From NCBI GenBank assembly GCA_964016885.1, contig OZ024740.1, forward strand, positions 329,840,001-329,904,000: a DNA stretch of 64,000 nucleotides, read 5' to 3'. Shown here piece by piece: positions 45,366-60,052 of the stretch. How positions within the stretch are numbered: the stretch's first letter is position 1; the number at the start of each line of letters is the position of its first letter. The translations under genes and the position numbers were made by a program. This DNA is from Eledone cirrhosa. Its lineage: Eukaryota. The notes under the pieces were generated by a model. That model was given only the letters and a program-made list of their open reading frames with translations, was not told the DNA's origin and made no database searches.

Positions 45366-46111
45366 CTTTCTTTATTAACCACAAGGGTTTACATAAAGTA
45401 GACAACAAGTACAGTACAGGACAGTACAGGACGGTACAAATGGGTATTTCTGCGTGTAAAAAAACAAAAACAGTATGTAACAAGAAAATAACAATGATAA
45501 ATTCCCCAATACAGGGGAGACTTCCGAGGGACATTCGTGGAGAAAGCCAATTAAAAAGCCACAGTGACACTGACCACCAGGGCAAGTGCTCTCTCCCAGT
45601 TTTCCACCTTTAATTTACAGACACATACTCAGAGTAGGCCCATTCACTCGGGCCATTCTTGCCTCTCTCACCCATCTTTAAACAAAATGCTGGGAAGGGA
45701 GCACTTCCCTCTCTACCCTGATTTTCCTTTTCAAATGAAATTTGAAAAAGTTAATCAGGGCATCACCGAAGAGGTAAGTGCTCGTCTTCATTCCTTTCAG
45801 ACGTGTCCACCATACTATCTCTTTCGCCATGGCCACCAGTCAGATAAAAACTGCCTGCCCTTCCCGGCTAAAGGAAGAGGGCGGGGCAATCCTCACAATG
45901 GATTCAGCTGATAGCTGGATCCGTCCTACACGTGACAGCAGGTGTTCGACATAAACCCACAAGTCAGCAATGCTCGGACACTGGACGAGTGCGTGCAGGA
46001 CGGTTTCGTCGCCCTGCGCGCATCTCGGACATGCCCGGCTGACGGCACCTCCATGCCTGTAGAGTTTATCCCGAACTGGCAAAGCTCCTCGGTAGCACTG
46101 CCAGGCCAGGG
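45364..46111 (-). mobile_element. L1/Tx1-clade LINE 3' end inserted in (TAA)n
   Basis: PVRDKLYRHG..CPRC..ETVLHALVQC zinc knuckle; aataaagaaagc tail; (TAA)n on both sides. Confidence 0.82.
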
Positions 46112-46158
<47 letters not shown>

Positions 46159-46159
<1 letters not shown>

Positions 46160-46546
46160 TGTTTCTACTTTAGGCACAAGGCCAGCAATCACCCAGTGCA
46201 TTACTGGTACTTTATTTTATCGACCCCGTAAGGATGAAAGGCAAAGTCAACCTCGGCGGGATTTGAACTCAGATCATAAAGGGACGTAACTATGCCGGAA
46301 AGCATGGCGTCCGACCCTCTACCGATACTGCCAATCCACCGAATAATAATAATAATACAAATTGTTTCTACTTTTTGCACAAGCCAGCAATTATCGCAGT
46401 GCATTACTGGTACTTTACTTTATCGACCCTGTAAGGATGAAAGGCAAAGGTAACCTCGGCTGGATTTGATCTCAGACCGTAATGGGACATAACTCTATGC
46501 TGGAAAGCATGGCGTCCGACCCTCCACCGATACTGCCAATACACCG
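46159..46546 (-). mobile_element. Two tandem tRNA-SINE copies (46159-46341 and 46361-46546) separated by (TAA)n
   Basis: ggtggattggcagtatcggtagag, gagttcaaatcc B box, gcctttcatccttacggggtcgataaa..agtacc. Confidence 0.9.
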
Positions 46547-47026
46547 TAATAATAATAATAATGATAATAGTACAAAATCCGCAACTGCGATTAGCAGTTT
46601 TGAGGCTGCATAACACTACAACAACGAAAATATATCGATAGATATATGAATATCTTCGATTGGCATCTGTGAAATCCGTAACCTACATTCCAAGTTGTGT
46701 AATATGCAAGTCAGTAATGCATTAGATGGAACGAAGATATCCCTTTTTCAACAGGCTTTTACGTCCGTTATACACGAAGCTCAGCTTAGTAAGTCCACTG
46801 CCGTTTTGTGGGTATATACGTATGATTATTAGATTATATTATGTAGACAAAACGTACGACGACGCTTCTTCTTCTTTTTCATTTCCAGACCGCGTTCTAA
46901 ACATTCCTCTCCTATCCCTCTCCCTCTCTCTCTTTATATGTATATATGTATAATTATATATATATATATATAGTTCAAGAAAGAAGATGGACATGGTTCG
47001 CTATACAATAAGGGCTTTATTCACAT

Positions 47027-47136
47027 TGCTGACAATTGTTTATTTGATCTGGCAGGTCTAGAGTTCGCTATACGCCTGATTCTGCGCCAATCGATCTCCA
47101 GTACTTTGTTTATAACCAGTCGATTTCATCAGAGCA
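47027..47136 (-). ncRNA. Degenerate hammerhead motif with long stem II
   Basis: tgct-CTGATGA-(~85 nt)-TAAA-C aatt G-TC-agca; G12 is mutated. Confidence 0.45.
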
Positions 47137-47289
47137 GGTAAACTACATAGAAATCATCGCAAACTCGCAGCATCACTATGGAAACGCCTTGTTGAGTCAA
47201 ACTAAGCCGCACGTCAATATTATCTAGTACAAGAATACTCCAACTGGACTACATCTAAGTGGACTGCCATATCAATAACCTGTTATCCC

Positions 47290-47376
<87 letters not shown>

Positions 47377-48039
47377 TATGTATATAAATTCCGCCAAAGC
47401 ATTCTTTGGTAGGTTAACTGCACTGCCTTAAGTGATTGCGTGTAAAAAGTAGTCCACGTGTGGTTACGTAACTTCGGTTTTACCTTGATGTCTCCAGTTT
47501 TCTTTATTGTGTTACAGAGTGAATAAGCCCGTTCCTCTTGGAGTGTAAATCGAAGAAGAACACAGATCAGTGATCCAATTTCTCTGATCTGAAGCTATAT
47601 CAGGGGGAATTTCTTTGTACGATAAGAGCCCTAGTGAGGATAGCGCCCTAACACATAAACGTTTGTGTGTGTGTATCGATAAGTTTTAAAACAATTTTAA
47701 AAGACGTGAAGTACGAAGTGAGGACAGCGCACGATGAACATCCGACAATAACCTGAAGAATAAAGAAGCACTAGAGATGGTTCTGCAAACCGTCGAGTGA
47801 CCATCGATGATTTGTCATTTTCTCTGTAAGATAGTCATGGGATTTGCATAGAAATTCATCTACGACAATGCGTCACTTCGTAAAATAAATAAGTAATTAA
47901 AAGTAATTATATTAAAAGTTGGTGCTTATGGGGATATTTCTAGGGTATAAAGTTATAGATAGATAGAATTATTTGTGTCGGGAAAGGGTGGATCAGAGAG
48001 TGGAGTGTAGTGGTGGAAGGCAAGCCCTTGAGGTGCGGT

Positions 48040-48295
48040 GTGAAAAGCAACCAGACTTCTACACAACGTAATAACCAACAGGTTAACATCCAAAATAAAT
48101 GTAACTGTAGATATAATAGAACCTGCCGTTTAGGTAAAAACTGCTTAATCAAGGACATCATCTACTCATGCACGGTCAGAAGTAGCAACTCTTCTGAAAC
48201 CTATATAGGCTCTACTCCGAACTGCTTCAAAACGAGATACAACTAACATCTCTATTCGTTCAAAAACCACAGTCTAGCCACACACACTCCACTAT
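48040..48295 (+). mobile_element. Naiad-type GIY-YIG fragment
   Basis: CNCRYNRTCRLGKNCLIKDIIYSCTV..TYIGSTPNCFKTRYN*H. Confidence 0.82.
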
Positions 48296-48301
48296 CTATA
48301 T

Positions 48302-48857
48302 ATATTTTGGAAATCCATTTAAACAAAGATATATTATCAATATCAGTTTGTATGAAATATTCACGTTTTACATTTTTGTATAAACGTCTATAATTATTTT
48401 ATCATTATATATGAAAATGTAAGTGTGAATTATTTTCCATTTCTTCGTAAATATGTCTTTCTTTTCAATAATACTTGAATCCAAATCAATTTCCCTAAAA
48501 ATATCATATCTAATATTCGTATCACATCTTCAATTGAGACTAACATTTTATTTCAAGAATACCTCTGCCTATTGATATGTAGTAAGAACATAAGATGTGA
48601 TTTAATATATATTACATACAGTTTCAAACCAAAAGTATTTTAACCGATCATTATGTATATTCCAGAGCATATATATTACTTTATATTAATGTTCATTGTT
48701 TTTATTGGATTTCTCTTGAACTCATGTTTTTAAAGCCTGTATAACATTAGTATAGCCCTCTTGCAGATGACGGTGAATGGAATAGTGAAAACCGGGTTAC
48801 AACGGCAAGACACATTTCATTCATCGAATCATCCTCGGACCTATCGATTCTATGCAA
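48302..48857. repeat. Inverted duplicate of 52419-52975 (non-TE-looking DNA)
   Basis: Reverse-complement match over ~555 bp with few mismatches. Confidence 0.92.
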
Positions 48858-51442
48858 AAAGGACCATCATCACGGTACAAACCACTGCCCGCGTTGGGGA
48901 ATTCGTCCTTGATAGAGAAAAGAAGGAAAAGGCCGATAAGATCAGTATCCTCCGCAGAATCGCTGGCGCCCATACTCACGTCGATGCAACAAGGAACATT
49001 GTCGTTTTATCCAATTCGACATCAACGATTACTACTCCTCCATCACTTTACCACTTCTCCTTAAAGCTATCAATTTCGCTAAAACACTCACAGTGGTTAA
49101 GGATTTCGAAGTTGACGTCATCCTCAATGCCCGTAAGTTGGTGATTAATTTCGACGACTCTATTTGGATTAAAAAATCCAATAGTACCCCATTCGACGTT
49201 AGTATGGGCACCATCGATTCTGCGGAGGTTACTGATCTTATCGTCCTTTTCCTTCTTTTCTCTATCAAGGACGAATTTCCCAAAGCGGGCGGTGGTTTGT
49301 CACTTGATGATGGTCTTTTGACCATGACTAAGTGCGGACCTCGTGCTTGCAACATGTTCAGAAAAGAACTGACAGCCTTCTTTAAAGGCTTCAACCTCTC
49401 TATTCAGGATGAGGCCAATCTCTCGGTCGTTAATACCTCGACGTTACCCTCAATTTATCGAATGTGTTGTATTACCCGTATGAAAAGCCGAATGATACGC
49501 TTAATTACATAAGAACCTGGTAAGAAACGTTTCGTTGAGGCTTTCCCGTCTATCTACTGACGAGCATATTTTCAACGACCATTATTCCACTTATTACAAT
49601 GAAGCTCTTGCTCGGAGTGGATTTGTCGATAAGGTAGCATATACAGAGTACGAAAATAGACCTAGAAGAAATAGATCCCGTCGCATTTGTTGGTATAACC
49701 CACCATATAATATGGAGGTGGCCACACTATTAGCAAAGATCTATTTTCCCTTATTACGAAGCATTTTCCCCCTACACATAAATATAGTAAAAGTTTTAAT
49801 AGAAATACTATTAAAATGTCTTACTCTACGACTCCTTGCACATAACATCACAGCTTCACATTTAGCTAAACTACGTAGCCGTAGGTACACGTGCAACCCT
49901 GTTGTTAGTACTAACTGTAATTGTAGGAATCGGGTTGATTGCCCCCTATCCGGGAAATGCATCTCTAGTAACTTTGCCTACAAATGTAAGGTTGAAACAC
50001 CCACGTCCCGTAGGGCCTACATAGGCTTTACCGCCAATAGATTCAAGCAGCGTCTTTACATGCATACCCATTATTTTTGCTACTCTCTAAGAAGGAATAT
50101 GATGTCACTCTCAGCTTATATATCGAGTCTAAAAGACAACCACACCCAATATAAGTTACACTGGGAGATCCTAGCTGGGGCTATATCGTATAACGGAAAG
50201 AAAAGACCATGTGACCTCTGCGCCGTTGAGGCCCTGGAAATACACTACGCCACAGACCCAATCTTAAACAAAAAATCTGAGGCAATTTCGGCTTGTAAAC
50301 ATAAATTGCACAAAACTTTCCTGTATTACAGCCCCACGTTATACCATAACGAATAGTACGATCTATACGTGGATATTTTACGTTTTGATGTGATAGCTAA
50401 GTATATGTTTTGTTTATGGCATTACTTATTTGCATAGGTAAGTATATATTACCTGTATGTTTTGTGAAGGTACGTATACTCGATTGTATATGTTATGGCG
50501 TATAATTTTTATATATATTCTGGTACATATGGTTTGGTTATGTATATACGGGAGTTTTGCGTCTGTGAGAGTATGTAGGTTCGTACGTATGTAGGGTGTG
50601 TGTATATGTGTACTTCATGTTTTGGTTGACTTACGTCTCCGAACATTTGTGTATTTACATGTAGGTATGTGTGTGCGCTTGTTTTATACTTATTTATTTA
50701 TTTATATACGTTTATTTAATTATTTATTTATTTGTTTACACGCACACACACACACACATATTTATATGTGCGTGGTTTTGTATACCTATGGCAAGTGTTT
50801 TCGCGTATACTTGTGTATGTACGTTTCTGCATGCGTGTATGTATTTATTTAATTTCTATTACCTCTGTATTGTATTCTATTTACTTTATTCTTAACCCTG
50901 AAGCGGAGATTCATTCGGTTTCCTAGTTAGAATTTTAGTCTACGACTTCAGCTATACCATTCACGTGGTTTTGTCTTTGCCTGCAATGGTTCTCCACGAT
51001 CCACATATGACGTATTATCTTCGTTTTTTCCGTTCATTGCTAGAGATCGTCTCTATGCACCACCTAAGAGAACATTAGTCTACGACTTCTTTTATACCAT
51101 AAACGTGGTTCTGTCTTTGCGCGTAATTGTTTTTCACCGCTCCTTTTAATGACGTATTATATTGGTTTTTTTCCCGTTCTTTGCCAGCGAACGTTTACAC
51201 TAACCAAAGTATCGTCTTCCTGCCTTCCTCCGGTTGCAACGTTTGTTGAAATGTCCATTTCTGCGTTTACATATTGACTTTGTTAGTTTCAGAAGATCCC
51301 GTTAAGGGTGAAAGCAGCGATTCTTTGCTTAAACTTTAATCTGTTATTTTAATAAATATTTGCCCTACGGTTTTTATATATTTGATATATATTTATCCTT
51401 ATCGAGCCCTCTTTGGATTTTAGTCTTCAAATTTATTATTAT

Positions 51443-51447
<5 letters not shown>
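48858..51447 (+). mobile_element. Naiad-type PLE family B, 5'-truncated with 5' inversion; HHR at 51285-51335
   Basis: QFDINDYYSSI, FDVSMG..SAEV, WYNPPY, CNCRNRVDCPLSGKC, YIGFT, CDLC, CKH; 48858-48983 is an inverted copy of ~49195-49322 that retains YRDD. Confidence 0.92.
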
Positions 51448-51499
<52 letters not shown>

Positions 51500-51551
51500 T
51501 AAAATAAAGTTAAATAAAGAGACAAATGTTTAAAATTTAGATTCGTTTATT

Positions 51552-51606
51552 ACTGCTATATATATTTCACTGACAGCCATCATTGGCTGTGACCTCTTCA
51601 GGCAGT
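51552..51606 (-). ncRNA. Minimal type I hammerhead ribozyme in a short TA-flanked pLTR remnant (51500-51718)
   Basis: actgc-CTGAAGA-ggtc ACAGCC aatgat GGCTGT cagt-GAAA-T atat A-TA-gcagt. Confidence 0.75.
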
Positions 51607-51716
51607 CCGAATTAGTGTGGTATAGACAAGTACATATGTTGTTGAGGTGTATAATTTTGTCAATACTCTGATATGCCCAGTTCCTGGTCGGGTTGTTATT
51701 TCACTGAGGAACTGAT

Positions 51717-51837
<121 letters not shown>

Positions 51838-53334
51838 AAATTTAGTGCCACATCATCGTTGATATTTCCAGTCTGTCGTCCACCGCATAGAAATGTATAT
51901 TTTGCACGACGCATATGTTTAGCATGCGCAAAAACTATCGCAATATAATATAATCTCCTGGCTATTAATTCGTGTAGACGTTGAAAATCAAGAGAGCAAT
52001 TGCTACTTAATGCTGTTGAAAACCTGTCCAACTTTATCATCTTCGTCATTTCCTCTTCTAGAAACCAAAGTAATTCTATAACTCAGCAAGATTGTGTTAA
52101 TCGACATACTTCACTGAAATGGTATGTAAAATTGGATGCGTCACTTCATGTACATTCTATACAACACGTCCCTTTACCAAAATTTCTCAAGATGTCACGT
52201 ACATTTATGGACTTCCCTCTTTTCCAGAACGAATATGTTCATTTATTGCTTCCTCTATTCATTTGAAAATTACAGCATTAAATAGGTTATAGGTATGATT
52301 GTGAAATGATATAGGTTCGTGTGTTTAAATGTAGTAAAGGGCAGCTTCTCACACTAATTCAGGAGTGCTCTCACGTCAGCTTGTTTTTATTCTGTAAATA
52401 TATATATGCTGTCAAACATTTTGACATAGAATCGATAGGTCCGAGGATGATTCGAGGAATGAAATGTGTCTTGCCGTTGTAACCCGGTTTTCACTATTCC
52501 ATTCACCGTCATCTGCAAGAGGGCTATACTAATGTTATACAGGCTTTAAAAACGTGAGTTCAAGAGAAATCCAATAAAAACAATGAACATTAATATAAAG
52601 TAGTATATATGCTCTGGAATATACATAATGATCGGTTAAAACACTTTTGGTTTGAAACTGTATGTAATATATTAAATCACATCTTATATTCTTAGTACAT
52701 ATCAATAGGCAGAGGTATTCTTGAAATAAAATGTTAGTCTCAATTGAAGATGTGATACGAATATTAGATATTATATTTTTAGGGAAATTGATTTGGATTC
52801 AAGTATTATTGAAAAGAAATACATATTTACGAAGAAATGGAAAATAATTCACACTTACATTTTCATATATAATGATAAAATAATTACAGACGTTTATACA
52901 AAAATATAAAACGTGAATATTTCATACAAACTGATATTGATAATATATCTTTGTTTAAATGGATTTCTAAAATATGAAATATTTATCTTTCTCGTACACA
53001 AAGCTTGAAACACACAACTCATAATAAAATATCACAGAGGAAATAAGCCAATTAATAATTAGATTTCTCGACAATGGCATTATATAATATATATATTCAT
53101 AAACAAAATTTAGTAATTCTTCATAAAATTTCAATCTTCCTGCACACGTACTCGCCAACAATTCTACCAAATGGCATTTATGACATTTGTGTTTTTTGCT
53201 TTCATAAGAAATGTTGAATTTCTTCAATTTCAATATGCATTCATTTAGGCTCAGGCACACACACACACACATACACATACATACACACAGACACACGGAC
53301 GCGCGGACACACACACACACTTAGACACACACAT

Positions 53335-53367
<33 letters not shown>

Positions 53368-53397
53368 CACACACATTAATATGTATATATATATATA

Positions 53398-54465
53398 GTC
53401 CTCTCCCACGACTCCACCCGGCTCTCATCCTTGTTCCCGTTCCCACTGCAAAACTTGTCCCTTCATTTCCACCCTCACTACTCTTACAGGCCCTAACGGG
53501 TCTTTCCATATCCGCCACTCTTTTACCTCCACATCCACTCACGTTGTCTATGCTCGCCGCTGTTCCATTTGCCGGTCTTTATATATCGGACAAACGGGAC
53601 GCCGTTTGACGGACCGTTTTGCCGCACATTTGAGGGACATACGACTCGGCTTGGATACTCTCGTCTCCCGTCATTTCTATTCTCCTGGTCATTCTTCCCC
53701 TCACGTTTCAGTCCTGGGTGTCCTTTTACATCATGGATCACAGGCCTCGCGCACCAGGACTGAACAAAGTCTGATTCACTGCCTTGGGTTCTATTCCCCT
53801 CTTGGACTCAACTCATCTCCCCACTTTCTCTAATACCACGTTCATTAACACACCCCTAGATTCCTATCGCTTTCTCTTGATCATTACAATTAATACATGC
53901 CGACTATATATGCTCACTCCACTTCTGCCTTCACTGCTCTGTATACACATACACACACCCTTATATTGACATACTTTTGCTAATAGCTTCGTACTTACAT
54001 GCACACACACTCTTTTACTCACATATACACACACATTTCTTCTTAGCTTCGTACGGACGTATAATAACACACACACACACACACACACATACACAAACAT
54101 GCTTACGCACATGCACAAGTATAGCTCTTTTTACAAAACGGTTTTATATCCATTTCAGGTAGACGCGCGCCATCAGCCACTTTTCTAAAATATAAATCAT
54201 ACACAAAACGCCAGCACTATAAGTTTAGCAAGAGCTGTCAACATGAATGGACCTGTTATTTTTTATCTGGAGACATTTTTCCCAATTCCAACCCGCCCGT
54301 CCCTTCAATCTTTCTTATTCCTCAATTTATCATTCTTTCTTCTGATGAAGGACTAGCATCCGAAACCTTAAGTCCCTCTTCCTACTATATCAAGCGTTAA
54401 CCTAATATATCCCTTCCATATACTATACCGATTGTGTTGTTATTTCTGTTTACCTTTGACATACA
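53398..54465 (+). mobile_element. Neptune-type PLE 3' part (GIY-YIG plus pLTR)
   Basis: PCSRSHCKTC, VVYA..CSIC..YIGQTGRRLTDRFAAH..VSRHF..EQSLI..LGLN; HHR core CTGATGA a GGA..TCC GAAA at ~54342-54375. Confidence 0.85.
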
Positions 54466-54475
54466 TACATGTATA

Positions 54476-54510
<35 letters not shown>

Positions 54511-54515
<5 letters not shown>

Positions 54516-54845
54516 ATAATAATAAATGTGAAGGCTAAAATACAAAGATAAGGATAAATATATATCAAATATATAAGAACCGTAGAGCAAATATTTATTA
54601 AAATTACAGATTAAAGTTTAAGCAAAGAATCGCTGCTTTCACCCATCGTTATGTGTATACGCTAGTTTTGCGTCTGGGTGAGTATGCTGGTTCGTACGAA
54701 TGTAGGGTGTGTGTATATGTGTACTTTGTATTTTGGTTGACGTAGATCTTCGAACATATGTGTATTTACATGTAGGTATGTGTGTGCGCGCGTTGTATAC
54801 GTATTTATTTATTTATATACGTTTATTTAATTATATGTACACACG

Positions 54846-54876
<31 letters not shown>

Positions 54877-55560
54877 TTTTATATATATTTTTATGTGTAT
54901 TTGGTGTACACATTTGTATGTGTGCGGGTACAGGCGTTGGGTGGGTTCTGTATGTGCGTACGCGTTTTTTGTGTACGTGCTTGCATTTGTATACCTATGG
55001 CGAGTGTTTTCGCGTATGCTTGTGTATGTACGTATATGGATGCGTGAATGTATTTATTTAATTTCAATTACCTCGGTATTTTATTTACTTTATTCTTAAC
55101 TCTGAAGCCCAGAATCATTCGGTTTCCTAGTTAGAATTTTAGTCTACGACTTCAGTTATACCATTTACGTGGATTTCTCTATGCGTGCAATTGTTCTCCC
55201 GCACCACATAATGGCGTATTATCTTCGTTTTTTCCGTTCATTGCCAGAGAACGTCTCTATGAACCACCTAAGAGAACATTAGTCTACGACTTCTTTTATA
55301 CCATAAACGTGGTTCTGTCTTTGCGCGTAACTGTTTTTCACCGCTCCTATTAATGACGTATTATATTCGTTTTTCCCGTTCTTTGCCAGGGAATGTTTCC
55401 ACGAACCAAAATATCGTCTTCCTGTCTTCCTCCGGTTGCAACGTTTTTTGAAATATTTACTTCTGCGTTCACAGATTGACTTTTTCAGTTTCAGAAGATT
55501 CCGTTAACGGTGAAAGCAGTGATTCTTTGCTTAAACTTTAATCTTTCATTTTAATAAATA
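54511..55560. mobile_element. Head-to-head family B pLTR pair; HHR at 55487-55537
   Basis: Left arm 54511-54644 (-) carries the full 3' end and breaks in HHR stem II; right arm 54648-55560 (+). Confidence 0.9.
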
Positions 55561-55619
55561 TATATATACATATATATAAAGATTTACATATACATAAAGT
55601 CATAGATATATATGTGGCA

Positions 55620-56565
55620 ACCGGTCACGTTGTGGCTCAATGAAAAATTAATAAAATAAATAATCAGAGCAATACCAGAGGGTAATGTTCGACAATAAAA
55701 CCCCAAGAGGCGAACTGGCTTACAGATTTAGCAGGGCCCTAGACAAGCTCAAATTAAATATTAAGGTAGTTGAAAGAACAGGTACTCCCATAAAAACGGG
55801 TAATTAGTAAAGCATACCCATTTCAAAGATCCCCCTGTGCTGAGAGGAAATGTATAATCTGCAAGCTAAGCCCGCAAACTACCTGCAAAATTAGGGATGT
55901 AGTATATAGAGTTCTATTTACTGCCGGACGGTGTAAGAATAAGAACATAACATACATACGTGAAACAGCTCGTAGCATAGAAGAACTCTAAGATGAGAAG
56001 ATATCATCCGTACTCCACCAACATGGCAACGTAGAACATAGAGGCACATTAGAGAACAGAGAGATAATAATTATATCCACACACAGAAAAGATGCAATGG
56101 ACAGACAAATCACAAAGGCGACAAACATAAATGAACACCAACCAATATGAAACGGAAAACATGAGTGGGATAGCAACATCACAACTAGTAATGAAGGGGA
56201 AAATGAAGACATACAGACACACACAAAAACTAAACTAACAGAAGAAATCAGTCCCACACAGATGGAACAAAAACCGACTAGTGACAAGTAAATAAACACA
56301 TAAATAAATAATTAAAAACACACACACGGATGTATCACATGCTCAAATGAAGCACACAACACACAACACACAAAAACAAGATGGTGTAAGACAGAATAAT
56401 GGAAGGACAAAATAAAACTGATAGTCACTGAGGAGGTCACAGTATGTGTGACGAAAGATCTTTGACAATATCCGATTATCAAACAAACAGACCAACCGGA
56501 ATTGTATAATAGATTTAAGTGAAATACATAAGGTGCGTGAACCTTCCAAAATATAACAATATATA
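55620..56565 (+). mobile_element. Neptune-type PLE 3' part related to 60112-62330; HHR at 56421-56469
   Basis: TPRGELAY..KVVERTG, CAERKCIIC, DAMDRQIT; atagtca-CTGAGGA-g GTCAC..GTGAC-GAAA-GATC-TT-tgacaat. Confidence 0.85.
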
Positions 56566-58852
56566 TATGGAAATTTACCCGCCCTAGAGAGGGAGAGAGA
56601 GAGAGAGAGAATAATATTTCTTGGGCAGCTGATGTAGCATGATGGAAATGGTGATATGTGAGTATTCCCATACAGATGTTTAAGGAATATTTCACCGATG
56701 CGTGAGTTGATATTTATCGAAAACTGGTAAGTAGGCAAGGGGGACATGCTGTTTAGGAATGAGGAAAATGAACAACCCACTATCAACTAAGTAATTGTTG
56801 TCATAAATGATATTTTCACTAGGAAATCCTTAGAAGAAAATAGGTTGGATATCCTGTTCTTTATATAAGCAAACTAATGTTTATTGACTACATGCGTTCG
56901 GCAGAGGTTTCTTTAAATGTCTTAAACTTTTGTTAAGTTTATGAGAATGTTGTTCATATAAGATATTCCTTTAAATCCTGATTGCTATAAGGTATTGAAA
57001 CATTGACTGCCTTCATTTTCCATCGCATACATATGAAAGCAGATTGATAATGATTGTGGTAATTTACAAGTTACCTATGTGAAAATTATTACTACATTGT
57101 TTTGTATATAATATAGATATATTTCGTGTTATTTCATTCGTACATACATAACCGGCCTGGAATACTGGACTTCTAAAATACTGGAAGCAAACAAATGAAA
57201 TCAATATAACGTATTATTTGTCATCAATGTTATTGAAACACGATTTAGTATTAAACAGATAGTTAAACCTAAACTTCCACATTCTCTAAAATAATTCAAA
57301 ATTACAAAAATAAAGGATATATTTTGTAAATTAGAAACAGTATAACGCGGGTGGACAATACATTTCTTTGGTAAGGTTTATCTACAAATAACTGTCAAGT
57401 CGTAGTCAAACAATATTCTAACTGCAAGAAAGAAGTAAAGATCAAATAAAATGTATAAAAAGAGTGTAGTTTTTAGAATGAGTCTACTGATGAGTCCAAT
57501 CTATCCAGAATATAAATGGATCATTACAACATCTACAGCATATTTCTATGGTGTCGCAGGTCATTCTAGCATTTAATTTAATACCGATATTTTTTTATCG
57601 GGGCAAAGGAGTTGCTAAAGAAAATGAACAATGACAGCAACACATGATTCTACAAACGAAACATCTATATAGATGCTGAATAAAACTAAACAGACACATG
57701 AATATGCAGACACGGGATATCATTGCTGGGGGAGGAGAGATTTATTTAATAAAAGGTTGGTCATCCTTTAATAAAGATCTGCCAGATAGGGACTGTGGTC
57801 AGGCCAGGCATTACTTTAAAAATAAAAAACAATACGAATAAACAGTAAATTCATATAGAGAACCATGGGACCAAAATCTTTATTCATTTTGATGCCTCTT
57901 AATAGAATTTAATACCACATATTTTAATAATCTATTCATTGCACTGCGGGAGAATAATTGAAAATTTTGATAAATCAGAAGACACCTCATGTTGCTTATT
58001 GGAATATGCATTAGAATAATAATTCCAATCCAATATACCACTACTCATTTCACAAAATAACACTTTCGCGCCCAGATCAAACTATGTCGTCTTTAAAATC
58101 GGAACCATCAGGAACGAATTTACATTATCATTATTGTTTCAATAGCGATTCTTGAGAATCAAGACTTTCAAAATTTTGCACCGTGTTGTTTAGCGAGAAC
58201 CACACACAAAACGTGCGAGATATTTTATAATGTACTATATAGAAATTATTGAGTGGGGCCACTTGATTAAAACATGAGTGACTGTCACGTGACCTAGACT
58301 TTGTCGATTCCATTGTTTCTCACAAACCTCAATCGATCATTAACAATTAAACATCGACCTATTATTTATAATCTGTAAGACACATCAAGTTTCTTTTGTT
58401 GCAGATGGAAACATTAAGTCAGAAGCGAATACAAACAATTGACTACTTTTACCGTTATTGAAATAAAATTGCAAAGAACCTCATTAATTCCCTAGATTTT
58501 ATAAGTAATTTAAAGAATTTCTATTTTTAACTCTTTGATAACATTCTTATGGACCTAAAGCTCGCTCATGTCATCGTAAGAATTGACAATATTATAGTGT
58601 TTTTGTTGCTGTTTAAGATGTTCTTGTTTGATGAAGCTATTATTTAAATCCTACGTCAGACTTAATTGAGCAAACATTATCTGTGTTTTTAAAACATGAT
58701 TCTCCTCTCATTTATACATACACACTCTCACAAACTTGCGGTCGCCTACACACACTTACGCAACCATATTCGCACACACACATACACACGTGCACACACA
58801 CACATACGTACACAAGTACAAACTCACAAATATACGCACATGAATATATATA

Positions 58853-59180
58853 GAAGAAGCATAAATTAATGGTTCGAGCGTTGGGTTTGGAATTGAAAAT
58901 GTTGAGTTCTATACTCTACCGAATGATGCATTTTGTCCTTGAGCAAAACCCTTTATTTCACGTTGCTCCTGGTTACTCAGCTATAGAAATGAGTTACGGC
59001 GTCACTGACACGAAATTCTATCGGCCATTGCCTTTCCCTTTGATAACATCGGCGTGGAAAGGGAAGACTGGTGTGTGTGTGACTTGTGGTCTTTCACACA
59101 CCATATTTCCTCGGAGGGAAATTTCTAGGTACAACTCCCCTGTTCATCCTTGAGAAAAGGGTGTCTTTGGCCTTTACCAT
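58853..59180 (+). mobile_element. tRNA/CORE-like SINE
   Basis: tgtccttgagcaaaaccctttatttcacgttgctcc..cagctatagaaatgag; colinear with 660-1000. Confidence 0.75.
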
Positions 59181-59810
59181 ATATATATAATTACGTTGGC
59201 CAGTATGCTTTCAAAATTTTAGTTGATGAGCGTTTACCAAGATGGAGTTGCTCTGTCAAAAGAATAGAGGACACAGCTGAAGGGATCAAATTGGATTACA
59301 TTGCTTTATGATGATCCTAACGTTCTCCATTGGTGAACGATATGAGGGAAGATGCATATGCTGAAACATCTGGGAGATTCATCAGCATGGAGACTTCTAA
59401 CGATTTGCTGCCAGCAGAGTCTAGATGACAACAACTCAATAACTAATGTTTCAATATAGATTAAATTCAGACGACTAGCGAAAACCGAAGCATCGAACCA
59501 ATACATGCCAGACGTCGCTACGTTAATACAGTCGTATAACAGTTTTCGGTGAATTTTAATGATAATATTAGTGTAACCGAGGCACAATCATTCTGGTACA
59601 CTATCTAATATCATCACTTCTTTGTGACCGAAACCAAGCAATGGGGATGCAGTGCAATATGGCCCAAACCTCATTTTTATCTCTTTCCTTACTTTTCTTA
59701 AATTCACCTGGTAATTACTTGGGAATTGTCTTCAAACCGCTGGCATTCCGGATTTGATTCTAACGGTTATAATATGTAACACCTATATTATGAATCGTTT
59801 GTACTCTTAG

Positions 59811-59860
<50 letters not shown>

Positions 59861-59862
<2 letters not shown>

Positions 59863-60050
59863 GTTATTCCGGGTTGCATCGGAGGTGACCACAGTAAGTA
59901 AGATACTCAATACATAGCAGAGTATACAAGTTTTAATATAGATGAGAATCTACAGGACTAGAACTATTTCATTCTTTAGAAATCATCAGGAATCCCTGAT
60001 GATTTCTAAAGAATGAAACAGTTCTAGTCCTGTAGAATCTCATCTATATA
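59861..60050. mobile_element. Palindromic family E mini-element
   Basis: 59936-59990 is inverted relative to 59995-60049, folding just 5' of CTGATGA; the left arm extends ~75 nt to (TA)n. Confidence 0.85.
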
Positions 60051-60052
60051 TA

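Noticed and set aside
57484-57540. ctgatgagtcca hammerhead start
   Set aside because: No GAAA or stem III follows
59590-59710. Ankyrin-like words (LHC, GHKEV) on the minus strand
   Set aside because: They lie in different frames with stops, and the similarity is too weak
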